From IMG/VR virus record IMGVR_UViG_3300020185_000016: a stretch of 64,000 nucleotides of DNA; one strand, 5' to 3'. Positions 55,760-64,000 of this stretch are shown piece after piece. This stretch comes from a virus. Under the pieces are notes generated by a model. That model made no database searches and was not told where the DNA came from. It worked only from the letters and a program-made list of their open reading frames with translations. Positions within the stretch are counted from its first letter, which is position 1. Each line of letters opens with the position of its first letter. The translations under genes and the position numbers were made by a program.

Positions 55760-56659
55760 TTATCTATTGTATTGCGAGCGTACCATTGTATTATGTTGTG
55801 TGTCTGTAGATAGTGATCGCAGTGCTCTATTATTATCAGGTAATACTGAATCTTTAATTTGTAAGTTTTCTTTGTATTCGCCGCCTGGGATGAGTACAGT
55901 ATAATATGATTCAAGTATCGGAAGATTTGCTAATGCTTCAAAAGCAGCATTTTGTTGAGTTTTGTCAATAAGGCTATTGCTAGCTCCTTCGACCCTCATT
56001 CGACTTTGCATTTCTTCATTTTCCATTTCTTCCAGATCTTCTTCTGGATCTTCTTCTTCTTCTTTTATTTCAGCTTCAGTCTGGGATTCTAACCATGTTG
56101 TATAATATGGATCGTCTTCTGATAGTTCTGTTAATCCCATATCTTGTAAATATTTATATAATGCATCTAAAAAACCGGGACAAGATGGATCATTTAATGG
56201 ACTTATACAGCTAATAGCATTTTCACCAATATCCATTTTATATGAATAAATTAATGTTGAATTGCTAATAGATCCATCACCTTCTATTTCCATAGACCCA
56301 TCACCCCATAATTCTGCATTTGAGCCAGGAAAGGTATATAACTTTCGAATATTTCCGCCATTTCCACCAGACCAATCATCTGTTTTTTCAAAAATATATC
56401 CATCGCCAGTAGAATTTTCATTTCGAATATGTACTTTGGCGTCAGCGTCCGGATCTTTGTTCATTGTATATTGATATATCACTCCATTAATTTGAAGAGA
56501 AATATTTGGAGCAGAATGATCTGGTAAAATACCAGTCATATTCCAAGATAATCCATTGGACGTTACATTATTGGTAGTTCCGTATATTGTTTCAGAGAAG
56601 GAGTAAGAGGAGCAAACCGCCCACCACACCAACGCCACCAAGAGTGCTCTTAGTGTCAT
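55760..56659 (-). CDS. Secreted protein with acidic linker
   Basis: Signal peptide; C..P..DPSCPG. Confidence 0.75.
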   Translation of the reverse strand: MTLRALLVALVWWAVCSSYSFSETIYGTTNNVTSNGLSWNMTGILPDHSAPNISLQINGVIYQYTMNKDPDADAKVHIRNENSTGDGYIFEKTDDWSGGNGGNIRKLYTFPGSNAELWGDGSMEIEGDGSISNSTLIYSYKMDIGENAISCISPLNDPSCPGFLDALYKYLQDMGLTELSEDDPYYTTWLESQTEAEIKEEEEDPEEDLEEMENEEMQSRMRVEGASNSLIDKTQQNAAFEALANLPILESYYTVLIPGGEYKENLQIKDSVLPDNNRALRSLSTDTQHNTMVRSQYNR

Positions 56660-57173
56660 CAGACATCACCTTTCTTTTTTTATCAGAATCTGGTCGTAAA
56701 TGCTTATTATCAGGCGAATTCCACGCGTCTTTTGCTTCTGAACCAATCAAACCGTCAAATGGACATGGTGTACCAGCATTCATCATTGCAGTAAACACAC
56801 GATTATCTTCACACATAACTGATACTGCTGCAACTTTCATACCCATATCATACAAAGTTTTAGCATTTTTTAATTTCTCACAATTCATATCACGGACTGT
56901 TTTACCGGCCGAAATACCTAATATCTGAGTTTGTACAGCACCAGCTACACCTATTGTGCATAAATCAGAATTACTCCCATTAATAGAGGGAGAAATTGCG
57001 GAAGGTGGCGGAGATTTAATTGTAGCATTAGAATTGCTATCAGATTTTACTGTGCTATTATTAGTATTATCTGTATATATTGTATCATCTGTAACAGTAT
57101 CTGTGGTGTCTTGTGCAAATACCGCAGTCGATAAACTCAATACTACTAATGTAAAAAACATTTTTTTAATCAT
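56592..57173 (-). CDS. Secreted Cys-containing protein with C-terminal hydrophobic tail
   Basis: Signal peptide AVFA-Q; PPPSAISP; four Cys. Confidence 0.8.
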   Translation of the reverse strand: MIKKMFFTLVVLSLSTAVFAQDTTDTVTDDTIYTDNTNNSTVKSDSNSNATIKSPPPSAISPSINGSNSDLCTIGVAGAVQTQILGISAGKTVRDMNCEKLKNAKTLYDMGMKVAAVSVMCEDNRVFTAMMNAGTPCPFDGLIGSEAKDAWNSPDNKHLRPDSDKKRKVMSDDTKSTLGGVGVVGGLLLLLLL

Positions 57174-57230
57174 ACGAAATAATCCTCTAATAATTATATG
57201 CATTCGATTTTTAATTTTCATTCATATTGT

Positions 57231-57238
57231 TATTTATA
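57231..57238 (-). promoter_or_regulatory. T4-type late promoter
   Basis: TATAAATA. Confidence 0.6.
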
Positions 57239-57255
57239 CATATAAAAAATTATAC

Positions 57256-57283
57256 AAAAAAAAGAGGAGCCAAAGCTCCTCTT
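57256..57283 (-). terminator. Rho-independent terminator
   Basis: AAGAGGAGC-TTTG-GCTCCTCTT followed by a T-run. Confidence 0.9.
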
Positions 57284-57305
57284 AATTTCCAATTAATTGG
57301 TTAGT

Positions 57306-58100
57306 TTAGAATGCAAAGCTTAATTCAATTGAAGGAGAAAAATCTTCACTATTTAAATTATAATTTGCGCCTGTGGTAAGCTCAGCGCCCGCAATACCAT
57401 ATACAAATTCGCCACCAATATTTTGTAGCATATCAGTGTCGTCACCATTAATATATGTTGTAATTACAGATTGCTTTGCTACAAGCTCATAACCTATTGC
57501 TGTAGTGTCTACATCATAAGATACTGCACCGCCAACTGCGGCAACACCAAGATCAACACCAGTAACGCCGGCGCCAAATACAGTATTTTCAGTATTTAAG
57601 TTATAATCAGCAGCGGCAGTAATTTCAATTCCAGCTACGGATGGGAGTACAATTGCGCCCTGTACATTGCTAATATCTGTAATATCGGCAGCAATATCAG
57701 TAAATCCGATAGCCGCAGAAATTGCACCCATATTTACTTGTACAGATTCAGCCATTGCTGGAGCAGTAAGTGTTTGCTCGCCTTCGGCACCTGGCATTAC
57801 ACCATTGTCATCGCCAATTGCAATATCGATACCGGCTACTTGTGTGCCAATTGTCCAATTATCAAGAGTAACACCATTTCCGTCTGTTGCAGAAAAGTCA
57901 AGGTTTACAGTTGAAATACCAGCAACATCAATACCAAGATCGAATGTTGGAGTTGCGGCCCATTTATCTGCAGCGGTTTCTGCAAATGTTAAAACAGCTT
58001 TACCAGATAATGTTGGGCCATATGGCAGTACTGTAGTTTCAGCATATGCTGCACCAGCAAATCCTGTTACAAGTGCAGATGTGATAAGTAAATTACGCAT
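57306..58100 (-). CDS. Porin-like outer-membrane beta-barrel
   Basis: Signal peptide AAYA-E; amphipathic strands; terminal SFAF. Confidence 0.8.
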   Translation of the reverse strand: MRNLLITSALVTGFAGAAYAETTVLPYGPTLSGKAVLTFAETAADKWAATPTFDLGIDVAGISTVNLDFSATDGNGVTLDNWTIGTQVAGIDIAIGDDNGVMPGAEGEQTLTAPAMAESVQVNMGAISAAIGFTDIAADITDISNVQGAIVLPSVAGIEITAAADYNLNTENTVFGAGVTGVDLGVAAVGGAVSYDVDTTAIGYELVAKQSVITTYINGDDTDMLQNIGGEFVYGIAGAELTTGANYNLNSEDFSPSIELSFAF

Positions 58101-58146
58101 TTCGTATATTCTTTCTGATTTTATAAAAATTTTAAATATTAAATAT

Positions 58147-58314
58147 GCCACTTTTCTGTTGCTAAGCAAGTGGCCAGCTCCCTGTGTTTATGCAGCTAGT
58201 GCATAACCAGATGGTGCAAAGTTATTATTTGCAGTTATAGTGTTTGATCTATACGCGATCATCCGGTTAACTCCACTTCCACTTTCACACCTGTCGATCC
58301 TAAATGTCAGCCCC
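58147..58314 (-). ncRNA. ssrA: Two-piece tmRNA, coding piece (tag ANNNFAPSGYALAA, 58188..58232)
   Basis: 5' GGGGCTGA..GGATCGAC; resume GCA; ALAA-stop; 3' hairpin. Confidence 0.92.
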
Positions 58315-58404
58315 ATCAAAAACACTTGAAACTTCTCCATAGCATCAGGTAGCTAAATCCTTATCTACTTCATCGAATATAGGTCGTCACCTATCAAGTG
58401 CTTA

Positions 58405-58470
58405 TGGTGGAGCTGTCGGGATTCGCACCCGAGTCCAGTATGTGTCCACGTCGCTTCAACGTTAACAAAG
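58405..58470 (-). ncRNA. ssrA: Two-piece tmRNA, acceptor piece
   Basis: GAC-TCGGG-TGCGAAT-CCCGA-CAGCTCC-A-CCA; pairs with GGGGCTG giving G3.U70; 5' end approximate. Confidence 0.9.
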
Positions 58471-58554
58471 ATACTTATAAAAATTTAATGCAAGTTGTAA
58501 CTTATAATTTTATAATAATCAATTATGTGTTAATTATGTGACAATATAATGTAT

Positions 58555-58577
58555 AAAGGGGGATTATCTCCCCCCTT
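58555..58577 (-). terminator. Hairpin terminator
   Basis: AAGGGGGG-AGATAA-TCCCCCTTT. Confidence 0.65.
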
Positions 58578-58611
58578 ATGTTTTCAAGCTATTTTAATAG
58601 TAAGTATCGAA

Positions 58612-58989
58612 TTACTTAAACATGTATTTAGCTGTTGATGTAGATGCTTTATACATTTTACCATCTGCACCACATTGATAAACATATGGGTATTTTGGCG
58701 AACGAGGTTTAAATGCAAGTAGCTTATCGCCATTAGAATTTACAAATTTAGTGATACCATCAAGACGCGCAAACATTTCGAGGTTTTTTTGATCGTGTGA
58801 TTTAGCCCCTTTAATTTTTGCATTAACTTTGATTTTAACATCATCTACATCAAAAGACATATGTCCTACTTCAATATCAAGATTTGCTTTTGATGCATAC
58901 TTATTCATTACTTCTTGCAGTTCAGCACGAAGAGCCCGACAAGTTGCACGATCAAATTTTGTGAATTTTGTTTTAGTCATAGTAGTCAT
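58612..58989 (-). CDS. Basic early hypothetical protein
   Basis: GAGG RBS; KPRSPKYP motif. Confidence 0.75.
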   Translation of the reverse strand: MTTMTKTKFTKFDRATCRALRAELQEVMNKYASKANLDIEVGHMSFDVDDVKIKVNAKIKGAKSHDQKNLEMFARLDGITKFVNSNGDKLLAFKPRSPKYPYVYQCGADGKMYKASTSTAKYMFK

Positions 58990-59022
58990 GATATATTCCT
59001 CTTTGTTTTCATCTTATACACC

Positions 59023-59051
59023 TTTATAGCATATAAGAAAAGGAATGTAAA
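59023..59051 (-). promoter_or_regulatory. Early promoter
   Basis: TTTACA-N17-TATAAA. Confidence 0.85.
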
Positions 59052-59109
59052 CAGTTAATTTGCAATTTTATAATTTTTTTTAAAAATTCACGATAATGTG
59101 TTATTTTAG

Positions 59110-59403
59110 TTACAACTCATTATCGTGAATATAAAGTTGAATAAGAGCATAGTGCAATACTTTCATTAGATCCTTACGAGCATCATCTCGTGATCCTTTT
59201 TTGCCATATCTATTAGAATACTTATCTACATTGCCCATGCAAAAACCGGTTCCATGCCCACGTTCAATAATAACTTCGGTTGATTGAAATTTGCTTTGTG
59301 AATAATGTCCGGAATATGTTTTATCAATATACTCTCGGAACTCATTAATAAGTTCACCTTCTTTAAATTTATAATCAATTTTTTCCTGGATCTTATTCAT
59401 CAA
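59110..59403 (-). CDS. DUF3310/SaV-like protein of T4-like phages
   Basis: TY..HY, GFC.GNV.KY..RYGKK, DL.K..HY. Confidence 0.8.
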   Translation of the reverse strand: MMNKIQEKIDYKFKEGELINEFREYIDKTYSGHYSQSKFQSTEVIIERGHGTGFCMGNVDKYSNRYGKKGSRDDARKDLMKVLHYALIQLYIHDNEL

Positions 59404-59428
59404 AACACCTTTACGTTTTCTATTCTAT

Positions 59429-59457
59429 ATTATACCATATTCTGACGCGCGCGTAAA
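59429..59457 (-). promoter_or_regulatory. Early promoter
   Basis: TTTACG-N17-TATAAT. Confidence 0.65.
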
Positions 59458-59633
59458 TCAAAATAATACGGATTAAGATTTAATGCTTTGGACTGTTCTT
59501 TTGCTTTTTCTTCGGATCTGCATGTTGTAATACAATAACCCGTTGAGCCACCAAGTTTAATTTCCCATCGAGATTCCCCATTAGGAGTTAATGTTTTAAA
59601 GACACGAAAATCGTTTCGTAGAGATGCTTTCAT
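59430..59633 (-). CDS. Hypothetical protein
   Basis: Packed ORF. Confidence 0.6.
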   Translation of the reverse strand: MKASLRNDFRVFKTLTPNGESRWEIKLGGSTGYCITTCRSEEKAKEQSKALNLNPYYFDLRARQNMV

Positions 59634-59645
59634 AATATATTCTTT

Positions 59646-59882
59646 CTATAAGATTTCCATGCCAGTAAAATATTCTTGCTTCCACCCGCAAGCTTTAGCA
59701 TAAGCTTCAACAATTTCACTATATTCTGCGGTTGCCCACATGCCAGCTTTAAGAGCCCATTGTTTCATATCCATTTGAATTGCACTTGATTGTTCCCCTT
59801 GAACCGGTTGTGCTTGATGAATACGAATCAATTCATCAGTGATCGCCGCGGCATAAAGGTTATGATAGATTGGTTGTTTCAT
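59646..59882 (-). CDS. Hypothetical protein
   Basis: GGAG RBS. Confidence 0.65.
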   Translation of the reverse strand: MKQPIYHNLYAAAITDELIRIHQAQPVQGEQSSAIQMDMKQWALKAGMWATAEYSEIVEAYAKACGWKQEYFTGMEIL

Positions 59883-59884
59883 TA

Positions 59885-60175
59885 TTATACTCCCAAATAA
59901 TCGGTTTTTAGAATTTCGAGTTGCCCAATAGCGTTTGGATAACGAGTGAGTAAATTTTCAGTATTGTCTAGCAAGTCGTCACGTAAAACATCTAAGCAGT
60001 CTATGATATATGATCGGGTATATACAAAACATTCATTGTACATATCAGCTTCAACAAAAGCCCAATTGATTTTGTTATTATAATCAAAATTCTCGCGAAG
60101 AAAAATCGCGGTATTAAAAGCTTCGACTACATCATTTTTGATGGCCGAACCATTTGCTAGATGATAGATTGTCAT
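59885..60175 (-). CDS. Early protein of the INW family
   Basis: Paralog of 47462..47668. Confidence 0.75.
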   Translation of the reverse strand: MTIYHLANGSAIKNDVVEAFNTAIFLRENFDYNNKINWAFVEADMYNECFVYTRSYIIDCLDVLRDDLLDNTENLLTRYPNAIGQLEILKTDYLGV

Positions 60176-60202
60176 ACTGATTCCTTTATTTAGTATATAA
60201 TT

Positions 60203-60231
60203 AATATAACATATATACAAATAAATGTAAA
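60203..60231 (-). promoter_or_regulatory. Early promoter
   Basis: TTTACA-N17-TATATT. Confidence 0.8.
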
Positions 60232-60258
60232 CAGCTAAGCGCAATTAAATATTATTTT

Positions 60259-60501
60259 TTAATCATATCCTAAAACTGCGACATATTTGCGCTCATTATC
60301 TAATAATTCATTTTCGCGGATTTTCCAAGCAAGCTCAAATCCAGATTCGTGGATATAATTTTCATTATTTCCCCAAAGTCTTTCGAAATATGAATGATAA
60401 AGTTTTTCAACTTCTTGATCTGTCCAAGATGTATCAATAAGTTTGCCTTTAACTAACCAATTAAATCGATTAGCTTCTTTACGTACATATGCTGTACACA
60501 T
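60259..60501 (-). CDS. Hypothetical protein
   Basis: TATAAATA at 60529..60536 upstream. Confidence 0.7.
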   Translation of the reverse strand: MCTAYVRKEANRFNWLVKGKLIDTSWTDQEVEKLYHSYFERLWGNNENYIHESGFELAWKIRENELLDNERKYVAVLGYD

Positions 60502-60591
60502 TGCAAATCCCCTTATGGTGTATAAAATTATTTATATAGAAGGGGCCCTTATGTTAGCGCTAGCAAATAATGATAACGCTAACATAAAAGA

Positions 60592-60690
60592 TTAGTATAA
60601 TCCACCCGGAATAAAATAAAAGTCAATTAATATAAGAAATAGTCCAAGCATTACACCTTGCACAAGAGTTTTTATTGTGGTTGTATTCAT
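60592..60690 (-). CDS. Tiny membrane peptide (32 aa)
   Basis: Hand-translated MNTTTIKTLVQGVMLGLFLILIDFYFIPGGLY. Confidence 0.45.
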   Translation of the reverse strand: MNTTTIKTLVQGVMLGLFLILIDFYFIPGGLY

Positions 60691-60704
60691 ATTATATTTT
60701 CCAA

Positions 60705-61199
60705 TCATTTATAAAATATATGACTATCAATTTGTTTAGTCACTTTGAAAGATGCTGACCAATATGGGTTAACATAATCAGCATGATAAAATAAAGCGCC
60801 TGCAGTGGGGTCATTTTTATTAAAAGCATAATCATATAATACTGCATGCGAAACTTGCTTAGCTTTTTCCCAAGCTTGGGAATTTTTTGGGTTGTCAGAT
60901 TTTCCGTCATGAGTCCAGCTAAACTGTTTATTTTGCCATACAACACCACAGATAGTATTCGGAAACTTTTTAGAATTAACTCTATTTAATGTTACCCAAA
61001 CTACTGATGCTTGCCCAAGCACACTTTGATTTCTAGCTTCAAAATATACATTTTGCTGCAAACAATGTATTTCTTTATTTGAAAACGACTTAACGAATTC
61101 CTTTGCTTCGGCCTGCTGAATTGAAATATATCCGCCAATACACATTGCTGAAGCTAATGCGGTATTAGTAACTCCGGATAAAATGTTAGATATTTTCAT
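60705..61199 (-). CDS. SleB-like cell wall hydrolase
   Basis: CL..NVYFEAR.Q, NRV, FPNTICGVV, QFSW, ALFYHADYV.P.W. Confidence 0.93.
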   Translation of the reverse strand: MKISNILSGVTNTALASAMCIGGYISIQQAEAKEFVKSFSNKEIHCLQQNVYFEARNQSVLGQASVVWVTLNRVNSKKFPNTICGVVWQNKQFSWTHDGKSDNPKNSQAWEKAKQVSHAVLYDYAFNKNDPTAGALFYHADYVNPYWSASFKVTKQIDSHIFYK

Positions 61200-61228
61200 T
61201 AAACTGCCTCACTTTTTTCATTATATAA

Positions 61229-61257
61229 TTTATAACACATAATAAAACAAATGTAAA
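61229..61257 (-). promoter_or_regulatory. Early promoter
   Basis: TTTACA-N17-TATAAA. Confidence 0.85.
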
Positions 61258-61282
61258 CCCCTAAAATACATTTAATTAAAAA

Positions 61283-61507
61283 TTAATCATCAGTTTTTCC
61301 TACCATGCGATTTTCCATCGAGCTTTTAATATCAAGCACAGTTTCTTGTTCAATTATTTTAATAATAGTATTTGTGACATCAATATCTTTTTGAATGAAA
61401 AACATTTTCATTTGTAGTTTTTTTAGTTCTTCTGTATAAAATTCGAGTTCTTTTTCTTTGCGAATTTTTTGCTCAAGAATATCGGTTATTTGAATAAGTT
61501 CAACCAT
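61283..61507 (-). CDS. Conserved T4-like coiled-coil protein
   Basis: RKEKELEFY.EEL..LQ. Confidence 0.75.
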   Translation of the reverse strand: MVELIQITDILEQKIRKEKELEFYTEELKKLQMKMFFIQKDIDVTNTIIKIIEQETVLDIKSSMENRMVGKTDD

Positions 61508-61556
61508 TAAATAATTTTATCCCTATTTTAATTTAGTTCACAAAATAAAATGTTTA

Positions 61557-61802
61557 TTACAATATTAACATTAAAAGGGTACCAACAACAACACCCATTA
61601 CAAAACCAGGTGGAACAAATAATGTAGTTTCTTTTTTAGGCAGTTCAGCTTTAATATGATTAGATGGGCTGGGCGAGCTTAAATAACTTTGATATTGTTT
61701 AGGTGTTATTAATTTTACCTTATCAACAGACTTAACATATTGCTGTCTAGATTTGAGCTGTGATAATGTTGATATTGGAGGAGGAGTTACATTTATATGC
61801 AT
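61557..61802 (-). CDS. Small protein with C-terminal TM
   Basis: Hydrophobic C-terminus. Confidence 0.55.
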   Translation of the reverse strand: MHINVTPPPISTLSQLKSRQQYVKSVDKVKLITPKQYQSYLSSPSPSNHIKAELPKKETTLFVPPGFVMGVVVGTLLMLIL

Positions 61803-61919
61803 TTACCGAGATTTACCCTGCCCTCGATATTTTTTATAACCACGTTTTTTATTTTTATTCATAGATGAGGTCGAAACATTTTTGAGACCCTGTGATGATT
61901 TTTTATTGCCAATAGCCAT
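61803..61919 (-). CDS. Small basic protein (38 aa)
   Basis: Hand-translated; STSSMNKNKKRGYKKYRGQG. Confidence 0.6.
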   Translation of the reverse strand: MAIGNKKSSQGLKNVSTSSMNKNKKRGYKKYRGQGKSR

Positions 61920-61935
61920 TTTATATTTTCCTTAT

Positions 61936-63300
61936 TTAAATTTTAAAATCTTTGAACCGATCAGCGGTATGTGTCTTATCAAAAGTTGGTGTGTCGTCAG
62001 TAAGTGTTTGTTCATTTTCATCAATATCAAATAATTTCATTTTTGATCTATCGACACCAATTACAAATCGTTTTTTATATGATGGATCATTATATCTATT
62101 CTTCAATTGTTTAACTGCAATTTGACCCATTGATTCAAGTTCTTCAGTAGAAAGCAAAGCAAACATTAGATCAGCAGTTGCAGGCAAACCAAAAGATTCG
62201 GATGTATCAGTTAAATCAATATCACTACTTCCATAACCGCTACGAGTTGTTTGTGTTGCAGAAACAACTGGAAGATTAAATTCCATTGCTAAGCCGCGAA
62301 GTTCTTCAGCAATTGATTTAATAAGTGTATATGAATTTATATTACCACCAGCTTTCATTCTAGCAGAAGCACAAATATTGAGATAATCAATATAGATAAT
62401 ATCCGGTATGAAAGACTTTTTAAGTTTCAATTCATTAAGTAGTGCTCTGAAGTGTGAAGCGTTTGCTTGACCTGTCGGATATTCCTTAATAATCAATTTA
62501 CCATTAGTGCGGCTAGATACTCGATGTACTCTTTCTGCAAACATTGATCTGGTCAGTGTTGGCAATTGATCCATCGGAAGATCTAACAAATTCGCATCAA
62601 TGCGCTCTGCTACACGCTCTTCTGCCATTTCCATAGTAAGATACAAAACATTTTTTCCGGCAGTAAGGTTTGCGGCGGCGCAGTGGCACATGAAAAGAGA
62701 TTTGCCCACACCAGTACCGGCCAAAATAATATTAAGAGTTTTATTTGGAAGACCGCCATTTGTAATTGCATTGAAATATGATAAATCGAATGGCAATTTT
62801 TCTTCATCCCGATGATAGAATTCATACCGTTCATCAACATTTTCAATATAGTCATGGCCAATATTCGTATCAAATGAAACACCGAGTGCTTTGCTAAGAA
62901 TATCCGGTAAAGCATTTTTAGTTAGTGTGTCATGTTTACCGTCAATAATACTAATAGATTCCATTACCGCAATAAACAATGCTCTATCTTGGCACCACTT
63001 TTCGGTAGTGTCATAAAGCCATTGCCCATCAACAGTTTCTTCACTAAACAATGAAGGCAAAATTTCTACTGCATGGCTATGTTGTTCTGCGTTAAATGAA
63101 GTGCTTTGATCAAGTTCAATTTTAAATGATTCGAGTGTTGGCAATTTATTATATTGCCCAACAAATTTACCTACTTCTTTAAATAATTGCTTATAGGTTC
63201 CTTCAAAATAATCTGGTTGAATAAATGGAAGAACTTTACGCATAAAGTCTTCATTCACAATAATATTTTTAATAATAAGTTGTTCAATATTAATAGTCAT
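61936..63300 (-). CDS. 41: Replicative DNA helicase (T4 gp41 / DnaB family)
   Basis: AGTGVGKS, MEMAE, KEYPT, IDYLNI, ATQTTR, SESFG.PATAD, KNRY. Confidence 0.97.
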   Translation of the reverse strand: MTINIEQLIIKNIIVNEDFMRKVLPFIQPDYFEGTYKQLFKEVGKFVGQYNKLPTLESFKIELDQSTSFNAEQHSHAVEILPSLFSEETVDGQWLYDTTEKWCQDRALFIAVMESISIIDGKHDTLTKNALPDILSKALGVSFDTNIGHDYIENVDERYEFYHRDEEKLPFDLSYFNAITNGGLPNKTLNIILAGTGVGKSLFMCHCAAANLTAGKNVLYLTMEMAEERVAERIDANLLDLPMDQLPTLTRSMFAERVHRVSSRTNGKLIIKEYPTGQANASHFRALLNELKLKKSFIPDIIYIDYLNICASARMKAGGNINSYTLIKSIAEELRGLAMEFNLPVVSATQTTRSGYGSSDIDLTDTSESFGLPATADLMFALLSTEELESMGQIAVKQLKNRYNDPSYKKRFVIGVDRSKMKLFDIDENEQTLTDDTPTFDKTHTADRFKDFKI

Positions 63301-63303
63301 GAA

Positions 63304-63717
63304 TTATTGTAGATTTCCTTCTTCGCGCATTTTAGCGCGGATTTTGGTTGCAGAAATATTATGTATTGCTTCGCCTAAGTCGTGTTCAGTAAAAGTATAA
63401 CCAACACCTCGACCATAGCTAATGTCTACAATGTTTGGTACTTTCATAATAACATATTCTGTACCCTTTGTAAACCCTGCATTGTGCAATCCATCCTCAA
63501 TAGCATCACAAACATAATCATAATAAAATGGATTATCATCTTGAGCAGCGGTGCGCCCACCTCCAGCATCCTCACCGATAATGCCTTCAACGTCACGTAC
63601 CATAATAATAACTTGACCAGTTTCAGCAAATGCTTTCTTAAATAGTGCTGTGTGGCCATCATGCCATGGTTGCCAACGACCAAGCATCTGTGCTGTCGGT
63701 TTTTTCCAATCAAACAT
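63304..63717 (-). CDS. HIGH-family nucleotidyltransferase (cytidyltransferase-like)
   Basis: GRWQPWHDGH; ISATKIR. Confidence 0.85.
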   Translation of the reverse strand: MFDWKKPTAQMLGRWQPWHDGHTALFKKAFAETGQVIIMVRDVEGIIGEDAGGGRTAAQDDNPFYYDYVCDAIEDGLHNAGFTKGTEYVIMKVPNIVDISYGRGVGYTFTEHDLGEAIHNISATKIRAKMREEGNLQ

Positions 63718-64000
63718 TTTTTACTTCTCCGGTTAAATTAATATGCCTATGAATAGCATCAACCAATGTTTCGTCTGTATCATCAAACCAAGCCGAAACG
63801 TGATAATTTACTTCAGCTGCTTTTGGATTTTGAAATAATTTATTAGTATCACTAAATCGACCTTTAGCAATAGTATCCATCCATACCGTATAATCGGCAT
63901 TAAATATATCCCGAGTAATTTCCAATGGACATACAAAATCGCAAATAACAATTCGGTCAGTATTAACTTCATAATCAGCAATATTTTTCATTCGATATGC
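63710..64000 (-). CDS. Adenylylsulfate-kinase-like P-loop protein, C-terminal part (5' end outside window)
   Basis: VICDFVCP...R, VWMDT, GRF.DT..LF. Confidence 0.65.
   Translation of the reverse strand, partial: AYRMKNIADYEVNTDRIVICDFVCPLEITRDIFNADYTVWMDTIAKGRFSDTNKLFQNPKAAEVNYHVSAWFDDTDETLVDAIHRHINLTGEVKNV

Noticed and set aside
58405-58440. Ordinary tRNA or prophage att site
   Set aside because: No anticodon or D-arm; its acceptor partner is the tmRNA 5' end 90 nt downstream; no integrase seen.
1-64000. Stop-codon reassignment or introns
   Set aside because: Conserved genes (nrdA, nrdB, gene 41, rnh, frd) are full length in the standard code and uninterrupted.

Overview
AT-rich 64-kb segment of a lytic T4-like myovirus, almost entirely on the minus strand. 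T4-type markers are gp41 helicase, RNase H, DHFR, nrdAB, glutaredoxin, PhoH, DenV-like glycosylase, spanins and TATAAATA late promoters. The host is probably a marine alphaproteobacterium, inferred from a permuted two-piece tmRNA and a porin-like gene. Contents: about 21 copies of a sigma70-type early promoter (TTTACA-N17-TATAAW) driving small early genes; an endolysin/lipase block; six tRNAs; an 11-gene glycosylation island; and a class Id-like RNR whose beta subunit carries an ATP-cone. A late cluster of about 10 kb has proteins starting with T4-type capsid-targeting sequences. Top candidate system: a 952-aa Lys-rich polyprotein (38217..41075) divided by about 13 prohead-protease-like Glu sites. 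Two of its modules align without gaps to free-standing early genes elsewhere in this window. Other highlights are the two-piece tmRNA (58147..58470) and an unexplained tandem structured ncRNA (47156..47445). All calls come from motif recognition by eye, with no database searches.
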